In this document: one piece after another, positions 32,921 through 43,912 of the stretch
Layout: every line of letters starts with the position of its first letter
How positions within the stretch are numbered: position 1 is the stretch's first letter
Source: Flavobacteriales bacterium UBA6772
Lineage (GTDB): Bacteria; Bacteroidota; Bacteroidia; Flavobacteriales; Flavobacteriaceae
DNA length: 64,000 bases
Assembly (NCBI GenBank): GCA_905181765.1
Contig: CAJIYW010000005.1
Location: 183,837-247,836 of the forward strand
Direction: 5' to 3'
The notes under the pieces: generated by a model
Seen by the model: only the letters and a program-made list of their open reading frames with translations
What the model was told of the DNA's origin: nothing
Databases searched by the model: none
Program-made: the position numbers and the translations under genes

Positions 32921-33910
32921 TTAAACTAAATTATTCTCAACTAAATATTCAGCTATTTGAACTGTGTTTGTAGCGGCACCTTTTCTAAGGTTATCTGCAA
33001 CGATCCACAAATTTAAGGTATTTTCTTGAGATTCATCTCTTCTAATTCGACCAACAAATACTTCATCTTTGTTATGTGCATTTAATGCCATCGGATAGAT
33101 ATTATTTGCTAAGTCGTCTTGCACAATAATACCTGGAGTTTTAGCTAAAATTTGGCGAACTTCAGTTAGATCAAAATCATTTTCAAATTGGACGTTTACA
33201 GATTCAGAATGCCCACCAGCAGTAGGTATTCTAACAGCAGTAGCAGTTACAGAAAAAGAATTATCACGTAAAATTTTCTTAGGTTCTTTGACTAATTTCA
33301 TTTCTTCTTTGGTATATCCATTTTCTAAAAAAACATCGCAATGAGGTATTGCGTTTCTACCAATTTTATAAGGGTATGCCATTTCACCTTCAATGCCAGC
33401 TTCCTCATTATCTAATTGTTGCACAGCTTTTACACCTGAACCCGAAACAGATTGATAGGTAGAAATAACAACACGTTTCATTTTATATTTTAAATGTAAA
33501 GGAGATAGCGCAGCTACTAATTGAATTGTAGAACAATTAGGGTTTGCAATAATTTTGTCATCTTTTGTTAAGACATCTCCATTTATTTCTGGGACCACTA
33601 GCTTTTTAGTCGGATCCATTCTCCATGCAGAAGAATTATCAATTACAGTAGTTCCAACGGCAGCAAATTTTGGGGCCCATTCTAAAGAAGTATCACCACC
33701 TGCAGAAAATAAAGCAATATCGGGGGTCATTTTTAAGGCACCTTCTAAAGTTACAACGGTGTATTCTTTTCCTTTGTAGGTTAGTTTTTTGCCAGCAGAT
33801 CTTGCAGATGCTACGGGTATTAATTCTGTGATGGGTAAATTACGCTCTTCTAAAACTTTTAACATTACCGTTCCAACCATTCCAGTTGCACCAACTACAG
33901 CTACTTTCAT
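32921..33910 (-). CDS. asd: Aspartate-semialdehyde dehydrogenase
   Basis: VGATGMVG, ANPNCST, DNLRKGAATN. Confidence 0.97.
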   Translation of the reverse strand: MKVAVVGATGMVGTVMLKVLEERNLPITELIPVASARSAGKKLTYKGKEYTVVTLEGALKMTPDIALFSAGGDTSLEWAPKFAAVGTTVIDNSSAWRMDPTKKLVVPEINGDVLTKDDKIIANPNCSTIQLVAALSPLHLKYKMKRVVISTYQSVSGSGVKAVQQLDNEEAGIEGEMAYPYKIGRNAIPHCDVFLENGYTKEEMKLVKEPKKILRDNSFSVTATAVRIPTAGGHSESVNVQFENDFDLTEVRQILAKTPGIIVQDDLANNIYPMALNAHNKDEVFVGRIRRDESQENTLNLWIVADNLRKGAATNTVQIAEYLVENNLV

Positions 33911-34190
33911 ACGTGTTTATTATTTGGGTTTCCTGCTTTTTAGGAAAGAGATCTTTAGTATGTCTTAAAATAATTTTTAAGACGCCTTGTTTATTGTGCA
34001 AAGATGCTAAAAAAAAGAAGGATATAAATTACTTAAACCTTTATAAATCAGCCAAAGTTTAAAAATTAAGCAAATAAAATTCTGGTGTTTAAAATTAAAC
34101 TTTCATAAAAAATATAGTAGTTTTGTGATAGATTTAGATTTTTAGCTTAAAATCAATATCAAAAACAATGTTTAACCTAATTAGTATAGC

Positions 34191-35222
34191 ATGCAACTGT
34201 ACAATAAGTTAAGCGCCATAGAGCGCGCTGCCTTAATAGATGAAGCGGGTAAAGACCGTATCACAATCTCTTTCTATCAATATTTTAAGATAGAAAACCC
34301 ACAATTATTGCGAGATAAATTATTCTTAGAATGGGATGCCTTGGAAGTTTTAGGTAGAATTTATGTTTCTTTTGAAGGCATAAACGCACAATTATCTGTC
34401 GCGTCAGAAAATTTCTATGCATTAAAAGCGCAATTAGATACCATTATTTTCTTGAAGGATATTCGTTTAAATGTTGCCGTTGAGCACAATAATAAATCGT
34501 TTTTAAAACTGAAAGTAAAAGTTAGAAACAAAATTGTTGCAGATGGTTTGGTTGATGAAACTTTTGACGTTACTAACAAAGGTGTTCATTTAAATGCAAA
34601 TGAATTTAATGAAATGTTAGCAAATCCTGATACGATTTGTGTAGACATGCGAAACCATTATGAGAGTGAAATTGGGTATTTTGAAGGAGCTATAACACCA
34701 GACGTAGATACTTTTAGAGATTCTTTAGATATTATTGAAGAAGATTTAAAAGACAATAAAGAAGATAAAAATTTATTGATGTATTGTACTGGTGGAATTC
34801 GTTGTGAAAAAGCATCTGCTTATTATAAGCACAAAGGATTTAAAAATGTTTTTCAGCTGGAAGGCGGAATTATAGACTACACACGTCAAGTAAAGTCCGA
34901 AGGAATAGAAAATAAATTTATTGGTAAAAATTTTGTGTTTGACCACAGAAGAGCAGAAAAAATTACAGATGATGTAGTCTCTAATTGTCACCAATGTGGA
35001 GAAGCATGCAATGAGCACACAAATTGTGCAAATGAAGCCTGCCATTTATTATTCATTCAATGTGATAGCTGTTCAGAAAAGATGGAAAACACTTGTTCTA
35101 CAGACTGCCAAGAAGTAATTCAGTTATCTTTTGAGGAGCAAAAAGAGTTAAGAAAGGGTAAAGGTAATAGTAATAAAATATTCAAAAAAGGTAGAAGCAA
35201 AGTTTTAAAATTTAAGAAATAA
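34191..35222 (+). CDS. trhO: Rhodanese-domain tRNA uridine hydroxylase (YceA/TrhO)
   Basis: GRIYVS.EGINAQ, DMRNHYE, MYCTGGIRCEKAS, GKNFVFD. Confidence 0.9.
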   Translation: MQLYNKLSAIERAALIDEAGKDRITISFYQYFKIENPQLLRDKLFLEWDALEVLGRIYVSFEGINAQLSVASENFYALKAQLDTIIFLKDIRLNVAVEHNNKSFLKLKVKVRNKIVADGLVDETFDVTNKGVHLNANEFNEMLANPDTICVDMRNHYESEIGYFEGAITPDVDTFRDSLDIIEEDLKDNKEDKNLLMYCTGGIRCEKASAYYKHKGFKNVFQLEGGIIDYTRQVKSEGIENKFIGKNFVFDHRRAEKITDDVVSNCHQCGEACNEHTNCANEACHLLFIQCDSCSEKMENTCSTDCQEVIQLSFEEQKELRKGKGNSNKIFKKGRSKVLKFKK

Positions 35223-35241
35223 TTATAAAAATATAAAATTT

Positions 35242-35270
35242 AAATACCTCAGTTTTGAGGTATTTTTTTT
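35242..35270 (+). terminator. Intrinsic terminator
   Basis: AAATACCTCA-GTTT-TGAGGTATTT plus T run. Confidence 0.7.
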
Positions 35271-35465
35271 GTCAAAAAAATCCCTTTCACTTCTCGGTCA
35301 GATTTCTTATATTAGCTGATTAGACTTTGTTAAGTTGCTTTTTTATAGCTGCTTGATAATCAAATTATGAACCCAAAATAGAGGTTAGTGTAGGTGTTAG
35401 TTTTTAGTAGTAGCGCGCTAGAAATCAACAGCCAACCGTAGCAACTATAATAATATATAAATCAC

Positions 35466-36920
35466 ATGGCATGTGGAAGCTGTGGTACAACAGAAAATGG
35501 CGTACCAAAAGGTTGTAAAAGTAATGGTAATTGTGGGTCAGGAACCTGCGGAAGCGGTAGTAATAAATTGGCTGTTTTCGATTGGTTGTCTAACATGACA
35601 TTGCCTAGCGGACAAGAAAAATTTAATATTTTTGAGGTTCGCTTTAAGAACGGAAGAAAACATTTTTATAAAAACCCAGATAATTTACCCGTAACTATGG
35701 GTGATATTGTGGCAGTAGAAGGTTCTCCAGGACACGATATTGGTACTGTTTCTTTAGCAGGAGAATTGGTGAAAGTGCAAATGAAAAAGCGCAAAATCAC
35801 CGAAGATCATGAAGATGTAAAGAAGATTTACAGAAAAGCCTCTCAAAGAGATATCGATATTTGGCAACAATCTAGAGCTAAAGAGGAAGAGACTCAGAGA
35901 AAAGGAAGAGAAATTTTAGGCCGCTTAGGTCTACAAATGAAGCTTTCTGATGTGGAATATCAAGGAGATGGGAATAAAGCCACTTTTTATTACACAGCAG
36001 AAAGTAGAGTAGATTTCAGACAATTAATTAGAGATTTAGCAGGTGCTTTTTCTATTCGTGTAGAAATGAAACAAGTAGGTGCAAGGCAAGAAGCAGCTCG
36101 TTTAGGAGGTGTTGGATCTTGTGGTAGAGAATTGTGTTGTTCTACATGGTTAACAGATTTTAGAAAAGTAACAACATCTGCAGCCCGTTACCAGCAATTA
36201 TCTTTAAATCCTTTGAAGTTGGCAGGACAATGTGGTAAATTAAAATGTTGTTTAAATTTTGAATTAGACACGTATTTAGATGCTTTAAAAACGTTTCCAA
36301 AGCAAGATTTGGTGTTAAAAACTGAAAAAGGAGAAGCAGTATTTGTAAAGATGGATATTTTTAAAAATCATCTTTGGTATACATACAAAGAAGAACGCTT
36401 TAAATGGTTTCGTTTAACATTAGAGCAGGTTCTAGAAATAATAGCACTAAATAAAAATAACGAAAAATCGATCTCTTTAGAAGAATATGAAGCAGATGTT
36501 GTATTGCCAGAAAAGGTAGATTTTGAGGATGCAGTTGGGCAAGACAGTCTAACACGTTTTGATGCACCAAAAACAAGTAAGCGCAGAAGGAATAATAAAA
36601 ATAATAATAAGAAAAAACCTGTTGGTGCAGTTGTAAGCAAGACGCAAAACAAGCCAAACCCTAGAAAAAAACCGCAGGCAAAGCAAGAGAATAAACCACA
36701 GATTCAAAATAAGGAACAGTCTCAAGGACAACCGCAGCAGCAGAACAAACAAAAACCTAGACCAAGACCAAGACCTAGTGCTGAAAAAAACACCAATCCG
36801 AACGCTAATACAAATCAGAATCAGCCTAAGGGAGATGTGAAAAAGCCAAATAAACCGAGAAGTAATAATAAAAATCGTAATAATAACGGTCCAAAAAATG
36901 GAAACGATTCAGAAAAGTAA
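35466..36920 (+). CDS. ricT: PSP1/YaaT (RicT) Fe-S regulatory protein with low-complexity tail
   Basis: Cys-rich N-terminus, RVDFRQL, GSCGRELCC, GQCGKLKCCLNFE. Confidence 0.88.
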   Translation: MACGSCGTTENGVPKGCKSNGNCGSGTCGSGSNKLAVFDWLSNMTLPSGQEKFNIFEVRFKNGRKHFYKNPDNLPVTMGDIVAVEGSPGHDIGTVSLAGELVKVQMKKRKITEDHEDVKKIYRKASQRDIDIWQQSRAKEEETQRKGREILGRLGLQMKLSDVEYQGDGNKATFYYTAESRVDFRQLIRDLAGAFSIRVEMKQVGARQEAARLGGVGSCGRELCCSTWLTDFRKVTTSAARYQQLSLNPLKLAGQCGKLKCCLNFELDTYLDALKTFPKQDLVLKTEKGEAVFVKMDIFKNHLWYTYKEERFKWFRLTLEQVLEIIALNKNNEKSISLEEYEADVVLPEKVDFEDAVGQDSLTRFDAPKTSKRRRNNKNNNKKKPVGAVVSKTQNKPNPRKKPQAKQENKPQIQNKEQSQGQPQQQNKQKPRPRPRPSAEKNTNPNANTNQNQPKGDVKKPNKPRSNNKNRNNNGPKNGNDSEK

Positions 36921-37398
36921 ATTTTCAATTTTTTTATTAGTTTTAATTTTAATGTTTTCTTGTGATAATATTTTAGAATTTAACCAATACAAAACACTAG
37001 AAAATAGTTTTTGGAAATCTGGAGAAAAAATTGAGTTTGCTTTTGAAGTAAAAGACACCATTTTACCGAAGAATTTATATATCAATATTCGAAATAATAA
37101 CGATTATGAGTTTAGTAATTTATATATCATTACAGAACTAAAATTTCCCAATAATACTTTGGTTATTGATACGTTACATTATGAAATGGCAGACATTTCT
37201 GGAATGTTTTTAGGCAATGGCTTTTCTGAAATAAAAGAAAACAAATTATTTTATAAAGAATATAAGGTTTTTCCTGTTTCCGGAAATTATGTCTTAGACA
37301 TAAGGCATGCAATGAGAAAAAACGGAGAAATTGATGCTATTGAAAAATTATATGGATTGCAAGACATTGGTTTTAGTATTGAAAAAATAAATGAATAA
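36898..37398 (+). CDS. gldH: Gliding motility lipoprotein GldH
   Basis: Lipobox FSC, INIRNNNDYEFSNLY, IRHAMR; ricT-gldH-PBP1A order. Confidence 0.92.
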   Translation: METIQKSKFSIFLLVLILMFSCDNILEFNQYKTLENSFWKSGEKIEFAFEVKDTILPKNLYINIRNNNDYEFSNLYIITELKFPNNTLVIDTLHYEMADISGMFLGNGFSEIKENKLFYKEYKVFPVSGNYVLDIRHAMRKNGEIDAIEKLYGLQDIGFSIEKINE

Positions 37399-39716
37399 TG
37401 GCTAAGAAGAAGACAACTAGTTTTAAAAAATATTTAAAATGGTTCTGGGGAATTATTTTAGGAGGATTTACACTTGTTTTAGTATTGTTTTTGTACACTG
37501 CCTGGGACCCTCTTGATACGTTGCCTTCCTTTGAAGAATTAGAAAATCCGCAAACAAACTTAGCAACAGAAGTTATTTCTATTGATGGAAAAACTATTGG
37601 CAAGTATGCTAAAGAAAATAGAACTCCGATAAAATTTAAAGAATTATCAACGAATTTGGTAAATGCTTTAGTTGCAACAGAAGATGAACGTTTTTATGAG
37701 CACTCTGGTATCGATTTTAAAGGAACAGCAAGAGCAGTTCTAAAACCAGGAAGTGGAGGTGCAAGCACAATTACACAACAATTGGCTAAAATGTTGTTTA
37801 CTGGTAGAGCATCAAAAAATATATTTAAAAGATTGTTGCAAAAAGCAAAAGAGTGGGTTGTAGCTACTAAATTAGAGAAGCAATATACTAAAAATGAGAT
37901 TATTGCTATGTATTTGAATAAATACGACTTTCTAAATCAGGCAGTAGGAATACGTTCTGCATCTAGAATTTACTTTGGAAAAGAACCAAAAGAATTGAAG
38001 ATAGACCAAGCTGCAATGCTTGTTGGTATGTTGAAAAACTCCTCTTATTTTAATCCTTTAAGAAGAGAAGCAAAAGTAAAACAGCGTAGAAATGTGGTGT
38101 TAAAGCAAATGACACGAAGTGATTTTATTACAACCGTCGAAAAAGACTCTTTACAAAAATTAGATTTAGGTTTAGATATTCATAAAGAGAGTCATAAAGA
38201 TGGTTCTGCAACTTATTTTAGAGGACATTTACAAAAAATAATGCGCACATGGGTGCAAGAGCATCCAAAACCAAACGGAGAACAATATAATATTTTTGAA
38301 GATGGTTTAAAAATCTTTGTAACCATAGATTCTAGAATGCAACAATATGCAGAAGAAGCTATAGATGAGCACATGTCTAATTTGCAATCTTACTTTTTTA
38401 AAGAACAAAAAAGCAATAAATTAGCTCCTTTTTATGATCTGGAAAAAAGCCAAATTAATACAATTCTAAACAGAGCTCAGAAAAACTCGGATAGATATAA
38501 GCGTTTAAAGTCTGCAGGTAAATCATCAAAATACATAGAAAAGGTCTTTAAAAAGAAAATAAAAATGAGCGTGTTTTCTTATAAGGGTGATATAGATACC
38601 ATTATGTCTCCAAATGATTCTATAAAATATTATAAATACTTTTTACGCTCTGGTTTATTGTCAATAGAACCACAAACTGGTCACATAAAAGCATGGGTTG
38701 GTGGCATAAATTATAAACATTTTAAGTTTGATGCGGTTGCACAACAAAAAAGACAAGTTGGTTCTACTTTTAAACCTTTTGTATATGCAACAGCAATTAA
38801 TCAATTAAAATTATCTCCGTGTGATTCTTTTCCGAACATTCCATACACAATTCCCAAAGGAAAATATGGAATTCCAGAAGAATGGAAACCAAAAAACTCT
38901 GGAGATAAATATGGAGGTATGTTAACCCTAAAAGAAGGTTTAGCAGGTTCAGTAAACACAATGTCGGCGAGATTAATAGATAGGGTTTCTCCAGAAAACG
39001 TGGTGCGTTTGGCAAAAGCTGCTGGTATACAAAGTAGAATTCGTGCAAACCCTTCAATTGCTTTAGGAGCTGTAGAATTATCACTATTAGAAATGGTAAG
39101 CGCTTATTCTACTTTTGCAAACAAAGGCTTGCGCGTAAGTCCAATGATTATTACAAGAATAGAAGATAAAAACGGAACTGTTTTAGAGGAATTTAGACCT
39201 AAAACAGCAGAGGTTTTAAGCGAAGAATCTGCCTATGTAGTTTTAAATTTATTAGAAGGTGTTACACAATATGGTTCTGGTATTCGTTTGCGTTTGCCTT
39301 GGGAGAAACCAGGATATGTTACAGGATACCCTTATGAATTTACAAATGCAATAGCTGGTAAAACAGGTACTACTCAGAACCAATCTGATGGATGGTTTAT
39401 GGGAATTGTACCCAATTTAGCAACTGGAGTTTGGACGGGTGGAGAGGATAGAGCTACTCATTTTGAAGGGATTGCTAAAGGTCAAGGTGCAACAATGTCT
39501 TTGCCTTCATTTGCTTTGTTTTTGAAAAAATGCTATGCGGATGAAAGTTTAAATATTAGTCAAGAAGAGTTTGAGAAACCAGAGAATTTATCAATAAACA
39601 TTAATTGCGGAGAGATAGAGAAGGAAGAAGATGAGAAAGGTGAGTTAGATGAGTTAGATGAGAAAAAGAAGAATGAAAAAAAAGTTATCGTAATAGAAGA
39701 AGATATCGATTTTTAA
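37398..39716 (+). CDS. mrcA: Penicillin-binding protein 1A (class A)
   Basis: EDERFYEHSG, GASTITQQLAK, GSTFKP, KTGT. Confidence 0.93.
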   Translation: MAKKKTTSFKKYLKWFWGIILGGFTLVLVLFLYTAWDPLDTLPSFEELENPQTNLATEVISIDGKTIGKYAKENRTPIKFKELSTNLVNALVATEDERFYEHSGIDFKGTARAVLKPGSGGASTITQQLAKMLFTGRASKNIFKRLLQKAKEWVVATKLEKQYTKNEIIAMYLNKYDFLNQAVGIRSASRIYFGKEPKELKIDQAAMLVGMLKNSSYFNPLRREAKVKQRRNVVLKQMTRSDFITTVEKDSLQKLDLGLDIHKESHKDGSATYFRGHLQKIMRTWVQEHPKPNGEQYNIFEDGLKIFVTIDSRMQQYAEEAIDEHMSNLQSYFFKEQKSNKLAPFYDLEKSQINTILNRAQKNSDRYKRLKSAGKSSKYIEKVFKKKIKMSVFSYKGDIDTIMSPNDSIKYYKYFLRSGLLSIEPQTGHIKAWVGGINYKHFKFDAVAQQKRQVGSTFKPFVYATAINQLKLSPCDSFPNIPYTIPKGKYGIPEEWKPKNSGDKYGGMLTLKEGLAGSVNTMSARLIDRVSPENVVRLAKAAGIQSRIRANPSIALGAVELSLLEMVSAYSTFANKGLRVSPMIITRIEDKNGTVLEEFRPKTAEVLSEESAYVVLNLLEGVTQYGSGIRLRLPWEKPGYVTGYPYEFTNAIAGKTGTTQNQSDGWFMGIVPNLATGVWTGGEDRATHFEGIAKGQGATMSLPSFALFLKKCYADESLNISQEEFEKPENLSININCGEIEKEEDEKGELDELDEKKKNEKKVIVIEEDIDF

Positions 39717-39806
39717 AACTTCTTTGATCCTTTGTAAAGGTGTTCAATGATGTAATTTTTGAGATGAGTAAAAAACATTTGAATATAAGTCATAATAAAG
39801 AATCAT

Positions 39807-40508
39807 ATGATTAATAAAAAAGTAAAGAATGTACAAGAAGCTTTGGCTGATGTAAAAAGTAAAATGACTTTTATGCTAGGTGGTTTTGGTTTGTGCGGAA
39901 TTCCTGAAAATGCTATTTCAGAATTAGTAAGATTAGATGTTAGAGAAGTAACTTGTATTTCTAACAATGCTGGTGTAGATGATTTTGGTTTAGGTTTGTT
40001 ACTTCAAAACAAGCAAATTAAAAAAATGATTTCTTCATATGTTGGTGAAAATGACGAATTTGAAAGACAAATGCTCTCTGGAGAATTGGAAGTAGAACTA
40101 ACACCACAAGGAACTTTAGCAGAAAAATGCCGAGCTGCACAAGCAGGTTTTCCTGCATTTTACACACCTGCAGGTTTCGGTACTGAAGTGGCCGAAGGAA
40201 AAGAAACAAGAGAATTTGATGGTAAAATGTATGTTTTAGAGCCTGCCTTTAAAGCAGATTTCGCTTTTGTAAAAGCTTGGAAAGGGGATGCAGCTGGGAA
40301 TTTAGTTTTTAAAGGAACGTCTAGAAACTTTAATCCTAATATGTGCGGAGCTGCAACAATTACAGTTGCAGAGGTTGAAGAAATGGTTGAAGTTGGAGCG
40401 TTAGACCCAAACAATGTTCATATTCCAGGAATATTTGTACAAAGAATTTTTCAAGGAAAAAATTATGAAAAGAGAATTGAACAACGAACGGTAAGACAAA
40501 AACAATAG
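39807..40508 (+). CDS. scoA: 3-oxoacid CoA-transferase subunit A
   Basis: [17 protein letters not shown]. Confidence 0.9.
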   Translation: MINKKVKNVQEALADVKSKMTFMLGGFGLCGIPENAISELVRLDVREVTCISNNAGVDDFGLGLLLQNKQIKKMISSYVGENDEFERQMLSGELEVELTPQGTLAEKCRAAQAGFPAFYTPAGFGTEVAEGKETREFDGKMYVLEPAFKADFAFVKAWKGDAAGNLVFKGTSRNFNPNMCGAATITVAEVEEMVEVGALDPNNVHIPGIFVQRIFQGKNYEKRIEQRTVRQKQ

Positions 40509-40510
40509 GT

Positions 40511-41167
40511 ATGGCTTTAGACAAAATTGGCATTGCAAAAAGAATTGCTCAAGAAGTTCAAGACGGTTTTTATGTAAACTTAGGTATTGGAATTCCTACA
40601 TTAGTTGCAAACTATGTAAGAGAAGATATAGAAGTAGAGTTTCAGTCTGAAAACGGAGTTTTAGGCATGGGTGCTTTTCCTTTTGACGGAGAAGAAGATG
40701 CTGATATTATAAATGCAGGAAAGCAAACAATTACCACGATGCCAGGAGCAAGTTTTTTTGATTCTTCAATGAGCTTTGCTATGATTCGAGGGAAACACGT
40801 AGATCTTACAATTCTTGGAGCAATGGAAGTTTCTGAAAATGGAGATATTGCCAACTGGAAAATTCCAGGAAAGATGGTAAAAGGAATGGGAGGTGCAATG
40901 GATTTAGTTGCATCTGCAGAAAATATTATTGTGGCAATGATGCACACAAATAAGCACGGAGAATCTAAGATTTTAAAAAAATGTTCTTTGCCTTTAACAG
41001 GTGTTGGTTGTGTTACAAAAGTGGTTACTAACTTAGCTGTTTTAGAAGTAAAAGACAATGCGTTTTATTTATTAGAAAGAGCTCCTGGGGTTTCTGTTGA
41101 GGCAATTCAGAATGCCACTGAAGGAACATTAATTGTAAATGGTGAAATACCAGAAATGGCTATTTAG
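40511..41167 (+). CDS. scoB: 3-oxoacid CoA-transferase subunit B
   Basis: VNLGIGIP, QSENG, GMGGAMDLV. Confidence 0.9.
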   Translation: MALDKIGIAKRIAQEVQDGFYVNLGIGIPTLVANYVREDIEVEFQSENGVLGMGAFPFDGEEDADIINAGKQTITTMPGASFFDSSMSFAMIRGKHVDLTILGAMEVSENGDIANWKIPGKMVKGMGGAMDLVASAENIIVAMMHTNKHGESKILKKCSLPLTGVGCVTKVVTNLAVLEVKDNAFYLLERAPGVSVEAIQNATEGTLIVNGEIPEMAI

Positions 41168-41168
41168 T

Positions 41169-41390
41169 ATGAAAAAAATAAAGCCTTTTATTCCGTTGAT
41201 ATTCCCAATATTAATAATTTTATTTGGGCTAATTATTTATAAAATAATAGGCTTTGAACCTAATGTATACACAGTCACTATAAATTTAGGATTGGCCTTT
41301 ATTTTATCTCCAAGAGTAAAAAAAATAGACAATCAAACCGGTACAAAAGAGCAGATTACTTGGCTGTTTTATAAAAAAATATTGAAGTAA
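41169..41390 (+). CDS. Small 2-TM hypothetical membrane protein
   Basis: MKKIKPFIPLIFP...LAFILSPR...QITWLF; paralog of next ORF. Confidence 0.7.
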   Translation: MKKIKPFIPLIFPILIILFGLIIYKIIGFEPNVYTVTINLGLAFILSPRVKKIDNQTGTKEQITWLFYKKILK

Positions 41391-41391
41391 T

Positions 41392-41619
41392 ATGAAACTA
41401 TTTAAGACAGTATATTGGTTAATCTACCCGATTTTAATTGTGGTGTTTATGCTTATTTTTGATCAACTATTCGAAATAGATAACATTATATTAGAAACAT
41501 CCGGAAGTCTCCTTTTAGCTTTTATACTATCACCAAGAAAGAAAATTATTCAAACAGAAAAAGGTAAAATAAAACAAATTACTTGGCTCTTTCTAAAAGA
41601 ACCAATAGGATTAGATTAA
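41392..41619 (+). CDS. Small 2-TM hypothetical membrane protein (paralog)
   Basis: LIYPILI...LAFILSPR...QITWLF. Confidence 0.7.
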   Translation: MKLFKTVYWLIYPILIVVFMLIFDQLFEIDNIILETSGSLLLAFILSPRKKIIQTEKGKIKQITWLFLKEPIGLD

Positions 41620-41656
41620 TAATTTCATTTACTTTAAAATTTAAGAGGCACTTATT

Positions 41657-42418
41657 ATGAAAATAATATCATACAATGTAAACGGAATTAGAGCTGCTTT
41701 AAAAAAGGGTTTTATAGATTGGTTAAAGGTTGCAAAGCCAGACGTGATTTGCATTCAAGAAACGAAAGCACACAAAGAACAATTAGATTTATCTGAGTTT
41801 GAAAATGCGGGATATAAGTATCATTACTGGTTCTCTGCTCAGAAAAAAGGATACTCTTCTGTTGCTATACTTTGTAAAGAAAAGCCAAACCATATTGAAT
41901 ATGGTACAGGAATAGAAACAATGGATTTTGAAGGTAGAAATCTTCGTGTAGATTTTGATACGGTTTCTGTAATGAGCATGTATTTACCTTCAGGAACAAA
42001 TTTAGATAGACTAAAGTTTAAGCTGAATTATATGGATGAAATTCAGGAGTACATCAATACATTGAAACAAGAAATTCCGAATTTAGTTATTTGCGGAGAC
42101 TACAATGTCTGTCATGAAGAAATTGATATTCACAACCCTAAAATGAAAGGTGTTTCTGGTTTCTTACCAGAGGAAAGAACATGGATGGGAGATTTTATAA
42201 AAAGCGGATTCGTAGATAGTTTTAGATATTTAAATCAAGAGAAACAAGAATACTCTTGGTGGAGTTATAGAGCCAATTCAAGAGCTAATAATAAAGGATG
42301 GCGTTTGGATTACGCAATGGTTTCAGAACCCTTAAAAAACAGCATTTCTAGAGCCTATATTTTATCAGAAGCAAAGCATTCTGATCATTGCCCAATTGTA
42401 GTTGAATTAGATATATAA
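41657..42418 (+). CDS. xth: Exodeoxyribonuclease III
   Basis: SYNVNGIRA, QETKA, GDYN, GWRLDY, SDHCP. Confidence 0.96.
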   Translation: MKIISYNVNGIRAALKKGFIDWLKVAKPDVICIQETKAHKEQLDLSEFENAGYKYHYWFSAQKKGYSSVAILCKEKPNHIEYGTGIETMDFEGRNLRVDFDTVSVMSMYLPSGTNLDRLKFKLNYMDEIQEYINTLKQEIPNLVICGDYNVCHEEIDIHNPKMKGVSGFLPEERTWMGDFIKSGFVDSFRYLNQEKQEYSWWSYRANSRANNKGWRLDYAMVSEPLKNSISRAYILSEAKHSDHCPIVVELDI

Positions 42419-42425
42419 AACTGTA

Positions 42426-43910
42426 ATGAAACAATTCTTATTAATACTATTGTGCACTTCTTGTTTTTTTGCACAAACACCAAATACAGTGTTTTCAAAG
42501 AAAATAATACCAAAAGGTTTGTTTTCAGATTATGATATTGTCTTAATTGATAGCTTATTAATGGATACTAAATACAAGTCTCCGTTGTATGAAAAATCAA
42601 CTTATATAATAAATGATATAGAAGAAAATGATGTTTCTGATATCAAATTATCTACAGAAATATTAAAAGCAAGACTTCACAATATTAATACCAAAACACC
42701 TTTTCATATTGCATACAATCCTGCATTAGAAAAAGTAATAAAATCTTATTTAAAGTATCGTAAAAGATACTACCCTGCTTTAATGGCGAAGGCAGCGTAT
42801 TATTTTCCAATGTTCGAGAAATATCTAGACCAATATGATATTCCTTTAGAAATGAAGTATTTAGCAATTGTAGAGTCCACTTTAAATCCAACTGCAAAAT
42901 CTAGAGTAGGTGCAACGGGCTTATGGCAATTTATGTATCCAACCGGCGTACAGTACAAATTAAAGGTAAGTTCTTATGTAGATGAGCGTCAAGATCCTGT
43001 TAGGGCAACCATTGCCGCTTGCGAATACTTGTCAGATTTGTATACTATTTTTGGCGATTGGGATTTGGCTTTAGCGGCGTACAATTCTGGGCCAGGAAAT
43101 GTTGCTAAGGCGATTAAACGTTCTGGAGGTTACAGAAATTACTGGAATATTCGTCCGTTTTTACCAAGAGAAACTGCTAGTTACGTGCCCGCATTTTATG
43201 CAACTATGTATTTATTTGAATATCAAAAAGAGCATCAATTAATTGCAGAAGCTCCGCAAATTCGTTATTTTGAGACAGATACGCTACATGTAAAAAAGAC
43301 CATAAGTTTTGATCATGTTTCAGAAATTACAGGTATTAGTTTAGAGTTAATTCAGTTTTTAAATCCTTCTTATAAATTAGATATTATTCCTTTTGTTGAA
43401 GGGAAAAATTATACAATTACGCTACCAAGAAAAAATGCTTTCAATTTCATAGAAAAAGAGCAAGCAATTTATGCTTTAGCTGACGAGGATGCCGCTCAAA
43501 GAGAAAAGCCATTGCCTAAGTATTTTGAATTAGATAAACGCATCCGGTACAAGGTAAAAAATGGAGATTTCTTAGGGAGAATTGCAAATAAATTTGGGGT
43601 AAGAGTAAGTGATATTAAACGTTGGAATAGGTTGAAAAACAGTAGATTAAAAATTGGTCAACGTTTAAGTATTTACCCAAAGAAGATAGCAATTACAAAA
43701 GCTAATTTAAAGGCTTTATCAGTAAAAAATAGAGAAACATCAAATAAGAAAGGTAGTTTTAAAACTTACATAGTAAGAAAAGGAGATTCACTTTAGACAA
43801 TTTCTAGAAAATTTAAGAATGTTTCTATTGATGAAATTAAAAAGTGGAACAATATTTGGAGTGTTAAAAGTTTAAAGCCTGGAACTAAACTTAAAATTTA
43901 TAAAAGCTAA
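42426..43910 (+). CDS. mltD: Lytic transglycosylase with LysM domains (MltD-like); in-frame TAG at 43794
   Basis: AIVES, GATGLWQFM, LAAYNSG; second LysM continues in frame after TAG (TISRKF...LKPGTKLKI). Confidence 0.88.
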
Positions 43911-43912
43911 TT

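Noticed and set aside
36580-36920. N/K/Q/P-rich low-complexity tail of RicT
   Set aside because: Disordered tails are common on Bacteroidota PSP1 proteins; no distinct repeat structure
43794-43796. In-frame TAG in mltD (and TAA at 50173 in porZ) as stop-codon recoding
   Set aside because: TAG and TAA end many normal genes here; single substitutions (e.g. TGG to TAG) in an error-rich consensus are simpler
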